DNA of 64,000 nt, taken from sequence record MH159197.1. The stretch is one strand, 5' to 3'. Source of the stretch: Staphylococcus phage VB_SavM_JYL01. A model generated the notes under the pieces. The model worked only from the letters and a program-made list of their open reading frames with translations. It searched no databases and had not been told where the DNA came from. Positions 48,256-57,022 of the stretch are shown in pieces. A program made the position numbers and the translations under genes. Positions within the stretch are counted from its first letter, which is position 1; every line of letters starts with the position of its first letter.

Positions 48256-49527
48256 ATGGATTTCAATCAATTTATTAACAATGAGGCAAGCAAATTAGAA
48301 AGTAATAACAGTTCTTTTAACAACAATGTAGAGAGCTATAAACCTAAAAACCCTGTATTACGATTAGGTAATATTAAAGATGCAAATGGAAATAAAGTTA
48401 CTAAAGAAAATGCTTTTGTACGAGTATTACCTCCTGCACAAGGAACAAATGTTTTCTTTAAAGAATTTAGAACAACAGGTATTAACTACTCTAAGAAAGA
48501 TGGTTCTCAAGGATTCACAGGACTAACATTACCTGCAGAACCAGGTTCATCTGTCCTTGACCCTTACATTCAGGACTGGATAACAAATGGCGTTCAATTT
48601 AGTAGATTCCCTAATAAACCTGGAGTACGTTATTACATTCATGTTATTGAATACTTTAATAATAACGGACAAATTCAACCTAAAACAGATGAGCAAGGAA
48701 ATGTAATGATTCAACCTATGGAGTTATCAAACACAGGATATAAAGAATTGGTAGCAAACCTTAAGGATACTATGTTAAAACCGTCACCTAATGCACCTCA
48801 TAGTTTTATTTCAGCAAATGAAGCATTCTTAGTTAATATTGCTAAAGCTAAAAAAGGTGAAATGTCATGGAAAGTAAGTGTTTATCCTAATGCTCCTTTA
48901 GGTGCATTACCTCAAGGATGGGAACAACAATTATCAGACTTAGAACAATTAGCAAAACCAACAGAAGAACAAAACCCTAACTTTGTTAACTTCTTAATCA
49001 ATAACGTTAATAACACAGAGTTAAGTCATGATAACTTTAAATTTAACCGTGAGTCTAATGTATTAGGTGAAGAACCTTCAGAACCTAAACAAGCTCCTAC
49101 TCAACAAGATATTGATAGTCAGATGCCAAGTAATATTGGAGGTCAACCTAACCAACCACAACAAGGTCAAGTAGGTCAGTATACTCAACAAGGTCAAAAT
49201 AATGGTCAAGGACAGCAGTTACAAGGTAACCAACAGCCAATTAGTAATACTCAATTTGGTCAAGGAACACCTTCAGGACAACAACCTAATAATACAGGTT
49301 CAGTTGATTGGGATAACTTAGCTCAACAACAATCACAACCGGATTCAAATCCTTTTAATGACTTTGATGTAAACAGTGTTGATGATTCACAAGTACCTTT
49401 TGAGACACAACCTCAAAACACACAACAAGCACCTGAACCACAACAAACTACTCAGGAGCCTCCAAAACAAAAACAAACACAAAGTATTGACGATGTATTA
49501 GGTGGTCTAGACTTAGATAACCTATAA
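48256..49527 (+). CDS. putative gp32-like ssDNA-binding protein with Q/N-rich disordered region and acidic tip (423 aa)
   Basis: N-terminal ..ENAFVRVLPPAQGTNVFFKEF.. resembles the T4 gp32 ..[24 protein letters not shown].. segment. Followed by a ~100-aa Gln/Pro/Asn-rich tract and an acidic C-terminus (DDVLGGLDLDNL). Adjacent to the RecA/UvsX-like gene. Confidence 0.5.
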   Translation: MDFNQFINNEASKLESNNSSFNNNVESYKPKNPVLRLGNIKDANGNKVTKENAFVRVLPPAQGTNVFFKEFRTTGINYSKKDGSQGFTGLTLPAEPGSSVLDPYIQDWITNGVQFSRFPNKPGVRYYIHVIEYFNNNGQIQPKTDEQGNVMIQPMELSNTGYKELVANLKDTMLKPSPNAPHSFISANEAFLVNIAKAKKGEMSWKVSVYPNAPLGALPQGWEQQLSDLEQLAKPTEEQNPNFVNFLINNVNNTELSHDNFKFNRESNVLGEEPSEPKQAPTQQDIDSQMPSNIGGQPNQPQQGQVGQYTQQGQNNGQGQQLQGNQQPISNTQFGQGTPSGQQPNNTGSVDWDNLAQQQSQPDSNPFNDFDVNSVDDSQVPFETQPQNTQQAPEPQQTTQEPPKQKQTQSIDDVLGGLDLDNL

Positions 49528-49532
49528 GATAT

Positions 49533-49559
49533 AGAGTGCCTTAGAGCACTCTTTTATTT
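49533..49559 (+). terminator. intrinsic terminator
   Basis: AGAGTGC / GCACTCT stem, 6-nt loop, then TTTTATTT. Confidence 0.65.
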
Positions 49560-49586
49560 GAGATATAATTACTAGGAGGATATTAA

Positions 49587-50843
49587 ATGGCAAGAGCAAA
49601 AAAAGGTAAAGAAGTAGATTTAACAGATTTAAATACAATTGATTTAGGTAAAGAATTAGGATTAACATTATTATCAGATACAAATAGAGCAGATATTAAG
49701 AATGTTATACCTACAATGGTACCTCAGTATGACTATATTTTAGGTGGAGGTATACCGTTAGGTAGATTAACAGAGGTTTATGGTTTAACTGGTAGTGGTA
49801 AATCAACATTTGCAGTTCATTTGTCTAGGATTGCAACACAATTAGGTGTTATTACCATTTGGATTGATATTGAAGGAACAGCAGACAATAATCGTATGGA
49901 ACAACTTGGAGTAGATGTTTCAAAATTATTCTCTATTCAATCAGGAGAAGGTAGACTTAAAAATACAGTAGAATTATCTGTAGAGGCTGTAGGTAAAGAA
50001 TTAGAGTACTGGATTGACACATTTAATGAAAAGATACCTGGAGTACCTATTGTGTTTATTTGGGACTCACTAGGAGCTACACGAACTCAGAAAGAGATTG
50101 ACGGCGGTATTGATGAGAAACAAATGGGTCTTAAAGCATCAGCTACTCAAAAAGTAATTAATGCAGTAACACCTAAATTAAATGATACAAATACAGGGTT
50201 AATTGTTATTAATCAAGCACGTGACGATATGAATGCAGGTATGTATGGTGACCCTATTAAGTCTACAGGTGGTAGAGCATTTGAACATAGTGCTAGTTTA
50301 CGTATTAAGGTTCATAAAGCATCACAATTAAAACAAAAAAGTGAATTAACTGGTAAAGATGAATATCATGGTCATATCATGCGTATTGAAACTAAGAAAT
50401 CTAAATTATCGAGACCGGGACAAAAAGCAGAAGCAGACTTACTATCTGATTATATGGTAGGTAAAGAAGATGACCCTATATTATTAAATGGTATTGACTT
50501 AGAACATACTGTATATAAAGAAGCAGTTGAAAGAGGTTTAATTACTAAAGGTGCATGGAGAAACTATGTTACATTGAATGGTGAAGAGATTAAACTTAGA
50601 GATGCTGAATGGGTTCCTGTATTAAAAGATAATAGAGAGTTATATTTAGAATTATTCAGTAGAGTATATGGAGAGCATTTCCCTAACGGTTACTCACCAT
50701 TGCTTAATAATAAAGTAATTGTAACTCAACTAGAAGAGTATCAAGCTCTTGAAAATTACTATAAAGAATGGGCTACAGATAATAAACAAAAGGAACAAGA
50801 GGAAGAACTAAAAGGAGAATCTCAAGAAAAGGATTCTGAATAA
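49587..50843 (+). CDS. RecA/UvsX-like recombinase
   Basis: Walker A GLTGSGKST within a RecA-like core. AGGAGG RBS. Confidence 0.75.
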   Translation: MARAKKGKEVDLTDLNTIDLGKELGLTLLSDTNRADIKNVIPTMVPQYDYILGGGIPLGRLTEVYGLTGSGKSTFAVHLSRIATQLGVITIWIDIEGTADNNRMEQLGVDVSKLFSIQSGEGRLKNTVELSVEAVGKELEYWIDTFNEKIPGVPIVFIWDSLGATRTQKEIDGGIDEKQMGLKASATQKVINAVTPKLNDTNTGLIVINQARDDMNAGMYGDPIKSTGGRAFEHSASLRIKVHKASQLKQKSELTGKDEYHGHIMRIETKKSKLSRPGQKAEADLLSDYMVGKEDDPILLNGIDLEHTVYKEAVERGLITKGAWRNYVTLNGEEIKLRDAEWVPVLKDNRELYLELFSRVYGEHFPNGYSPLLNNKVIVTQLEEYQALENYYKEWATDNKQKEQEEELKGESQEKDSE

Positions 50844-50846
50844 TAA

Positions 50847-51200
50847 ATGGATAATTTAATAGATAAAAACATGAATCAGGTAAAAGAATCTTTGGGGAAT
50901 GCAAATTCCTCAGATGTTCTTCCTTTACCTTATAAAGATATAGCAAAGAAATTTGAAGAAGTAAAAGAAAAAGGTGAATCAATTATCATTGAAGAAGGTG
51001 GATTCCCTTACACAGATTCTACAGTGATGTATATAGAACATGTAACAGATAGATGGGCAGGAGGATACTCCTTAATTAGACATGAAGGTGAAGAGGTTAA
51101 AGTGCCTAAAACTATCCATTTCTCTGATATATATGTTAAGGATAAGTCACATAAAGTAAGAATAATCTTCGAGGGGGCTAATCCTTATGAAGAAAGCTAA
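50847..51200 (+). CDS. hypothetical protein (117 aa)
   Basis: ORF with a modest RBS. Confidence 0.5.
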   Translation: MDNLIDKNMNQVKESLGNANSSDVLPLPYKDIAKKFEEVKEKGESIIIEEGGFPYTDSTVMYIEHVTDRWAGGYSLIRHEGEEVKVPKTIHFSDIYVKDKSHKVRIIFEGANPYEES

Positions 51201-51849
51201 CAATGGTAATAGATATGTAATAGATATAGATGGTATTCCTGTTGATTTTGAAAGAGACTTGGATAGTTTACTTAACAGGTATAAAAACCTTAGATGGTCG
51301 TTGTATCATAGATATGCAGGTATATTATCTAATGACTTTGAAAGACAAGAATTAAGAGAATATATTGATGAGCAATTTATTAAACTAGTTAAAGAATATA
51401 ATATTAGAAGTAAAGTAGATTTTCCAGGGTATATTAAAGCTAAATTAACTTTGAGAGTTCAAAATAGTTATGTTAAAAAGAATGAAAAGTATAAACGTAC
51501 TGAAATTATCGGTAAAAAAGATTATACGGTAGAGTCCTTAACAGAAGATTTAAATGAGGACTTTGAGGATAATCAAATTATGAGTTATGTATTTGATGAT
51601 ATAGAATTTACAGAAGTTCAAAGTGAGCTACTTAAAGAATTACTTATTAATCCTGAAAGAGAAGATGATGCCTTTATAGTTTCTCAAGTAGCGGAGAAGT
51701 TTGATATGAAAAGAAAAGAAGTAGCAAGTGAATTGACAGAATTAAGAGATTATGTTAGATTTAAAATAAATGCATATCATGAGTACTACGCAAAGAAAGA
51801 ATTAAATAATCATAGAGTTAATACTGAAAATCATATTTGGGAAAACTAG
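51187..51849 (+). CDS. sigma factor-like transcription protein (220 aa)
   Basis: GAGGGGG RBS. C-terminal HTH-like segment (FIVSQVAEKFDMKRKEVASELTELRDYV) resembles sigma region 4. Size and position match the sigma factor annotated in Kayvirus genomes, from memory. Confidence 0.5.
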   Translation: MKKANNGNRYVIDIDGIPVDFERDLDSLLNRYKNLRWSLYHRYAGILSNDFERQELREYIDEQFIKLVKEYNIRSKVDFPGYIKAKLTLRVQNSYVKKNEKYKRTEIIGKKDYTVESLTEDLNEDFEDNQIMSYVFDDIEFTEVQSELLKELLINPEREDDAFIVSQVAEKFDMKRKEVASELTELRDYVRFKINAYHEYYAKKELNNHRVNTENHIWEN

Positions 51850-51856
51850 TTACAGT

Positions 51857-51917
51857 GCCTTCCTTGTGTTATATTATTATCGAGAATTCAATAATAAAGC
51901 ATAGGGAAGGCTTTTTT
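51857..51917 (+). terminator. long imperfect hairpin + T-run (putative terminator)
   Basis: A GCCTTCC / GGAAGGC GC clamp encloses an AT-rich imperfect dyad centred on GAATTC, followed by TTTTTT. Confidence 0.45.
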
Positions 51918-51976
51918 CTATGTCTTATAGAATGCTTTAAAATAGATTACTAAAATAAAGATTGGAGATTAAGCTT

Positions 51977-52609
51977 ATGGCTAAAAAGAATGTTAATGAT
52001 GTATTACAACAAGAATCTGTTACAGTAGCAGATAAGTATTTACAAGTTAAAGTTAACCGTGACGGTTATACTCGTACACACGAAGGACAATATGCGTACA
52101 AAGTAGTTTCAGAGGGAGAAGAGTTATTCTTATACCCAGTACAAACAGATGGTAAAGGTACATTAAATGTAATGAAGAAATCACCTATTGCTTACACTGA
52201 TGGAGACAATATCCATTTTGTAGTAAATACAGTAGTAGACCCTTATAATCACTCATTTATCCGTACTGAAGATATTAAAGGATTAGATAAAGGTAAACAA
52301 CTTATTCAAGCTTTCTTAGCTTTCGTTGAAGACCGTTTCAAATTTGGTGTTTATAACGTATTTGTTGCAAATAACAAAGAAGATGTATTATCTATCGTAG
52401 ACCCTGCAGATAATGATGCAGATGAAGTTAAAGATAGTTTAGAGCATGCACATGAAGATGTAATTGCGGATTTCCCTGCTAGCCCTGCTCGTAAGGACGT
52501 TAAAGGCGTAGATTCAGGAGAAGGTCAAGGAGACACTTCAGAACCATCAGCACCTAAGAACGTTCAAGTTACTCCTAAGGAAGACGGAGCAGACGTATCA
52601 GCAGAATAA
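51977..52609 (+). CDS. hypothetical protein with disordered acidic C-terminus (210 aa)
   Basis: The track start is TTG 51962. ATG 51977 after GGAG is preferred. No sigmaA-type promoter upstream. Confidence 0.5.
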   Translation: MAKKNVNDVLQQESVTVADKYLQVKVNRDGYTRTHEGQYAYKVVSEGEELFLYPVQTDGKGTLNVMKKSPIAYTDGDNIHFVVNTVVDPYNHSFIRTEDIKGLDKGKQLIQAFLAFVEDRFKFGVYNVFVANNKEDVLSIVDPADNDADEVKDSLEHAHEDVIADFPASPARKDVKGVDSGEGQGDTSEPSAPKNVQVTPKEDGADVSAE

Positions 52610-52621
52610 TATAGATAAAGG

Positions 52622-53143
52622 ATGGTAAATTTGGCTAAGTTAAATTTATACAAAGGTAATGAGTTACTAAACAGCGTAGAGAAAACAGAAGGAAAATCAA
52701 CAATCACGATTGAGAATTTAGATGCTAACACAGATTACCCTAAAGGTACTTTTAAAGTATCATTCTCAAATGATTCAGGAGAATCAGAGAAGGTCGATGT
52801 CCCTCAGTTTAAGACAAAAGCAATTAAAGTTATTTCAGTTACCCTTGACGTTGATAGTTTAGACCTTACAGTTGGAGATACTCACCAACTATCAACAACT
52901 ATCACGCCTAGTGAAGCATCTAACAAAAATGTGTCATTTGAATCAGACAAATCAGGTGTTGCTAGTGTAACATCAGAAGGATTAATTGAAGCAGTTAGTG
53001 CAGGAACAGCTAATATTACTGTAACTACTGAGGATGGTAGTCATACTGATATTGTTGCGGTAACAGTTAAGGAACCTATTCCTGAAGCACCTACAGATGT
53101 AACAGTTGAACCTGGTGAAAATAGCGCAGATATTACTGCATAG
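52622..53143 (+). CDS. Ig-like (BIG2-type) domain protein
   Basis: The central ~80 aa (VTLDVDSLDLTVGDTHQLSTTITPSEASNKNVSFESDKSGVASVTSEGLIEAVSAGTANITVTTEDGSHTDIVAVTV) fits the bacterial Ig-like group 2 domain. The N-terminal module is paralogous to the next gene. The start is possibly TTG 52631. Confidence 0.6.
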   Translation: MVNLAKLNLYKGNELLNSVEKTEGKSTITIENLDANTDYPKGTFKVSFSNDSGESEKVDVPQFKTKAIKVISVTLDVDSLDLTVGDTHQLSTTITPSEASNKNVSFESDKSGVASVTSEGLIEAVSAGTANITVTTEDGSHTDIVAVTVKEPIPEAPTDVTVEPGENSADITA

Positions 53144-53157
53144 GAGGACAATAAAGA

Positions 53158-53385
53158 ATGGAAAAGACATTAAAAGTTTATAGTAATGGTGAAGTTGTAG
53201 GCTCTCAAGTAGCTAATAACGATGGAGCTACTACAGTATCTATTACAGGCTTAGAAGCCGGAAAAACTTATGCTAAGGGAGCTTTTAAAGTAGCATTTGC
53301 TAATGATTCAGGTGAATCAGAAAAAGTAGATGTTCCTGAATTTACAACTAAAACTCCTGCTGAAGAACCTTCAGAAGAAGCATAA
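53158..53385 (+). CDS. small beta-sandwich-like protein paralogous to the N-terminus of the Ig-like protein (75 aa)
   Basis: GGAGGA RBS. Shares Y.KG.FKV.F.NDSGESEKVDVP.F.TK with the 52622 gene. Confidence 0.5.
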   Translation: MEKTLKVYSNGEVVGSQVANNDGATTVSITGLEAGKTYAKGAFKVAFANDSGESEKVDVPEFTTKTPAEEPSEEA

Positions 53386-53390
53386 TAATT

Positions 53391-53419
53391 AAGACCAACT
53401 AAAAAGTTGGTCTTTTTTT
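53391..53419 (+). terminator. intrinsic terminator
   Basis: AAGACCAACT / AGTTGGTCTT 10-bp stem, AAAA loop, T-run. Confidence 0.75.
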
Positions 53420-53420
53420 A

Positions 53421-53449
53421 TTGACAATTTATAATATCTATGATACACT
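53421..53449 (+). promoter_or_regulatory. sigmaA promoter (TTGACA-17-TGaTACACT)
   Basis: Directly abuts the terminator. Confidence 0.55.
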
Positions 53450-53479
53450 ATATAAGAATTAAGAAAAGGAGGGAAAGTA

Positions 53480-53740
53480 ATGGATATTCCAACAATATTA
53501 TTTAGAAATCCATATGATTACACAAAAGTAAAAAAATTAATGGAAAACAAAGAACAGTACATTGTAGTAAAATTTGATTCAGTTTCTGTTCATAATTTAA
53601 ATGTTCAAGGTATGATGAATGTTATTCAAGATTACCTGCACATCTATGGTTACAGAGTCAAAGAATACGGACAAGAAAATGCTTCTAAAGATGATGAAAG
53701 AGACGTTAAAGGTTACTTATACGAAAGAGTAGGTGAGTAA
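53480..53740 (+). CDS. hypothetical protein (86 aa)
   Basis: AAAAGGAGGG RBS. Confidence 0.45.
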   Translation: MDIPTILFRNPYDYTKVKKLMENKEQYIVVKFDSVSVHNLNVQGMMNVIQDYLHIYGYRVKEYGQENASKDDERDVKGYLYERVGE

Positions 53741-53743
53741 GGT

Positions 53744-54499
53744 ATGGGTGTTATAATAAATTCTAACCATATTCAGTCAGATACTTTATATGAGTACGAT
53801 AGTTTTTTTGATATTGAGAAAGTAGATACGTTTGAAGAAGGATTACTATCAATACAGGATGAACCAACTGTTTTAGCAGGATTTATCTATGATGATATTA
53901 CATTTAATAAGGTTATTAACTCTAATTCAAATATTGATAACAATATTAAGAATAATGATATTTATTATGTTTCTGATATAGGGTTACTTCCGGATACTTT
54001 TATCACTGTTGATTCTAATAAAAAATACTATTCATTATTACAGCAGATAGTTGAGTTAAGTAAAGACCCTTTCCCTAAATGGGTAGAAACGGATGCAAAA
54101 GATTTAACTAGGTATTATAACTTTCAAGATTTTGAAGATGTATTCGATTTAAATAGTTTTTATAAAAAAGAAGTTGACATGGTAAGAGAAAAGTGCTATA
54201 ATAATGGTAATGTATATTTATTATATGAAGTCTTGCCTGATTATAAATTACCTCTAGCTTATAGTTTACTTTCAAATAAAGAGCATGGTATTGTTATTAT
54301 CGGTTCACAGACACGTTCTAATAATGATATACTGACTTTTTACGTTAAAGGTATGGATGCTAAGGCAATAGCTAGCATGTTTAATGTAGAACATGATTAT
54401 GATTCTAATATTTTTCATACATTCGTAAATAGTCACATTAATATTTTAGGAAATCAAATAACTAAGTTTATAAGAGAGAAAGGAAGCAGTTATGAGTAA
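53744..54499 (+). CDS. hypothetical protein (251 aa)
   Basis: GGTGAG RBS. Confidence 0.5.
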   Translation: MGVIINSNHIQSDTLYEYDSFFDIEKVDTFEEGLLSIQDEPTVLAGFIYDDITFNKVINSNSNIDNNIKNNDIYYVSDIGLLPDTFITVDSNKKYYSLLQQIVELSKDPFPKWVETDAKDLTRYYNFQDFEDVFDLNSFYKKEVDMVREKCYNNGNVYLLYEVLPDYKLPLAYSLLSNKEHGIVIIGSQTRSNNDILTFYVKGMDAKAIASMFNVEHDYDSNIFHTFVNSHINILGNQITKFIREKGSSYE

Positions 54500-55742
54500 C
54501 TATAAAACAATAGAAGAAGTACAAGCAGTTATTATCGGAGTATTATTTAAAGATGAAGGTAAAATTGTAACATCTAAGTTTAATAAAATTACTAAAGAGT
54601 TTGGTTTAGATAGAATTGGTAAAGACGACCTTAAAGAAATTGTTGAAGATATTAGACAAGATGCCTATCTAAATGAGCTTAAGAATAAAGCAATTAAAGG
54701 TAAGGTAACTTTAGGAGACCTTAAAGATGTTGCAGATAATCAAGTATTCGAAGGTAATAACTATCATGAAGAAGTCTCTACTTATGTAGTAGCTAAAGAA
54801 AAAGAACTATCTCACTTGAGAGAACAACGTAAGCACAACAGACATACCGCATACCCTCAAATTATGTTTGATGAACTTAAAGAACATATGGTTAAAGAAT
54901 TACAAGGGGAAACATTAGTAGAGCATCATGGAAGTAAAGTTAACATTAATGATACAGAGTTAATTGTATTACTATCAGATTTCCATATTGGAAGTATTGT
55001 ATCCGATATGACTAATGGTAAATATGATTTTGAAGTATTGAAGTCAAGACTAAATCACTTTATTGATACGACAGTTAAAGAGATTGAGGATAGAGAGATT
55101 TCTAATGTAACTGTTTACTTTGTTGGAGACTTAGTAGAACATATTAATATGAGAGACGTTAACCAGGCATTTGAAACAGAGTTTACTTTAGCAGAACAAA
55201 TCTCTAAAGGTACTCGATTACTTATTGATATCTTAAATGTACTATCTAATGTAGTTACAGGAGAATTAAGATTTGGTATTATTGGTGGTAATCATGACCG
55301 TATGCAAGGTAACAAAAATCAGAAGATTTATAATGATAATATTGCTTATGTAGTACTAGACTCTTTATTGCTATTCCAAGAGCAGGGATTATTAAACGGT
55401 ATAGATATTATTGATAATCGTGAAGATATTTATACTATTAGGGATAATTTCGGAGGTAAATCTATTATCGTTAACCACGGTGATGGATTAAAAGGTAAAG
55501 GCAATCATATTAATAAATTTATCTTAGATAGCCATATTGATTTACTAATTACAGGTCACGTACACCATTTCTCAGTAAAACAAGAAGATTTTAATAGAAT
55601 GCATATTGTAGCTTCATCTCCGATGGGATATAATAATTATGCTAAAGAGCTACATTTATCAAAAACTAAACCTTCACAGCAATTATTATTTGTAAATAAA
55701 GAAAATAAAGATATTGATATTAAAACAGTATTTTTAGATTAA
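54492..55742 (+). CDS. calcineurin-like metallophosphoesterase with a ~150-aa N-terminal extension
   Basis: Motifs LSDFHIG (D.H), VGDLVEH (GD..D/H), GGNHD (GNH[DE]), NHGDG, GHVHH. Confidence 0.65.
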   Translation: MSNYKTIEEVQAVIIGVLFKDEGKIVTSKFNKITKEFGLDRIGKDDLKEIVEDIRQDAYLNELKNKAIKGKVTLGDLKDVADNQVFEGNNYHEEVSTYVVAKEKELSHLREQRKHNRHTAYPQIMFDELKEHMVKELQGETLVEHHGSKVNINDTELIVLLSDFHIGSIVSDMTNGKYDFEVLKSRLNHFIDTTVKEIEDREISNVTVYFVGDLVEHINMRDVNQAFETEFTLAEQISKGTRLLIDILNVLSNVVTGELRFGIIGGNHDRMQGNKNQKIYNDNIAYVVLDSLLLFQEQGLLNGIDIIDNREDIYTIRDNFGGKSIIVNHGDGLKGKGNHINKFILDSHIDLLITGHVHHFSVKQEDFNRMHIVASSPMGYNNYAKELHLSKTKPSQQLLFVNKENKDIDIKTVFLD

Positions 55743-55755
55743 GGATGGTTAATAA

Positions 55756-56124
55756 ATGGATACAATTTTTATTATAGGTGTAGCGTTTATAACTTTTGCA
55801 ACATTTAATATAGTCTTTAGATTATTTGATTTATGGACTACAGAGAAGAAAATGGTAAGTCAAGGACAACCTCCACTAAGTAATTTTGAGTACTATCATG
55901 TGATAGTACCCTACTTAGTTGGTGTTATTGTTATTATACTGAGTATTATTTTTAGAGATTCCTTGTATTCTGCGCAATCAGGATTCGGTGTTATTATTAC
56001 AAGCTTTATTTATATGCTAGTTTATGTTATAATCGGTCTTGTAGGGTCGTTTGTACTTACAATATTCCAAGCTAGAAAGGCTAGACAGTATCAAACACAG
56101 GAGGATAATAATGAAGTTCAATGA
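55756..56124 (+). CDS. small membrane protein (122 aa)
   Basis: Three hydrophobic segments (IFIIGVAFITFATFNIVF.., VIVPYLVGVIVIILSIIF.., GVIITSFIYMLVYVIIGLVGSFVLTIF). Confidence 0.5.
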   Translation: MDTIFIIGVAFITFATFNIVFRLFDLWTTEKKMVSQGQPPLSNFEYYHVIVPYLVGVIVIILSIIFRDSLYSAQSGFGVIITSFIYMLVYVIIGLVGSFVLTIFQARKARQYQTQEDNNEVQ

Positions 56125-56422
56125 TATTTATGAGCAATTAATTAAAAATGATACAATACAAAACATTCATGAATCTCAAGATGATGAAGGAAATATTTAT
56201 ACAATACAATTTGATAAAGGTAATGATAAGTATTTATTTAATGTTATCAATGATGGATTCTTGAAAGAAATGACAAATGGTATGGTAGACCATCCTAAAG
56301 GTCAACCATATTCAGTAAGTCTAATCAATAAAGAAACTCCTAGTATGTCAGTGAAACAATATTTAACAGACGTAGAAGATATTGTACCTACTATTAGAAA
56401 AATGGAAAAGGATTTCTTATAG
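56111..56422 (+). CDS. hypothetical protein (103 aa)
   Basis: The track start 56051 overlaps the upstream gene. ATG 56111 after GGAGGA is preferred. Confidence 0.45.
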   Translation: MKFNDIYEQLIKNDTIQNIHESQDDEGNIYTIQFDKGNDKYLFNVINDGFLKEMTNGMVDHPKGQPYSVSLINKETPSMSVKQYLTDVEDIVPTIRKMEKDFL

Positions 56423-56448
56423 AGTCAAGTCTTTACTTGACTCTTTTT
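56421..56448 (+). terminator. intrinsic terminator (copy 1 of a repeated terminator-promoter cassette)
   Basis: AGAGTCAAG / CTTGACTCT 9-bp stem, TCTTTA loop, TTTT. Confidence 0.65.
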
Positions 56449-56465
56449 ACTATATATGGTATATT
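56437..56465 (+). promoter_or_regulatory. sigmaA promoter whose -35 (TTGACT) lies in the terminator 3' arm
   Basis: TTGACT 56437-42, 17-nt spacer, TGgTATATT. The -10 box begins the 12-bp palindrome TATATTAATATA (56460-56471). Confidence 0.55.
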
Positions 56466-56485
56466 AATATAGAGGTGACTTAAAA

Positions 56486-57022
56486 ATGGATTTTAATTTT
56501 AGTGCTTTTGATAATAGCTCATTAGCAATGAGAATTAGTGAGGGTGTATACTATTTCAATGATACCCCTTATTACTTTATTGAACATATAGAAGAAGAAA
56601 TGTCTGAGTATGTTATTGTGTATGACATACATGATAGAGAGGAAAAAGAAAATCCTCAGAAGAAATATAGAGTAGAACCTTACCAACGGACAATACCTGG
56701 AGGTACACCTCTTAGTAATTTGATTAAGAGTATGATGCCTCAACGTAAATATCCTAAGAAGGTTGTAGAAGACCCTATATTTGTAGCTAATGTTATTCCT
56801 TTAGGAACAGATACAGTTACAGGTAAAACTGGAAAAGGTTTTTTTGAAAGAGATAAGGATAGAACTATTTACTCACAGAAAGAACCAACTAAGGTAGTCC
56901 ATGGTCAATACACAGGTGTTTTCATAGGTCTAACAAGTGTTAAATGGAATAGAACATATACTCCTTTAGAAAGTGTTGTTGAGTATTGCAAGAGAGTAAA
57001 AGGAGATAGGTTAAATGTCTAA
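56486..57022 (+). CDS. hypothetical protein (178 aa)
   Basis: GAGGTGA RBS. Confidence 0.5.
   Translation: MDFNFSAFDNSSLAMRISEGVYYFNDTPYYFIEHIEEEMSEYVIVYDIHDREEKENPQKKYRVEPYQRTIPGGTPLSNLIKSMMPQRKYPKKVVEDPIFVANVIPLGTDTVTGKTGKGFFERDKDRTIYSQKEPTKVVHGQYTGVFIGLTSVKWNRTYTPLESVVEYCKRVKGDRLNV

Noticed and set aside
53141-53160. Possible stop-codon read-through or frameshift fusing the 173-aa Ig-like gene with the 75-aa gene.
   Set aside because: In-frame read-through of TAG hits a TAA 9 codons later. The downstream gene has its own strong GGAGGA RBS with correct spacing. Separate genes are the simpler reading.
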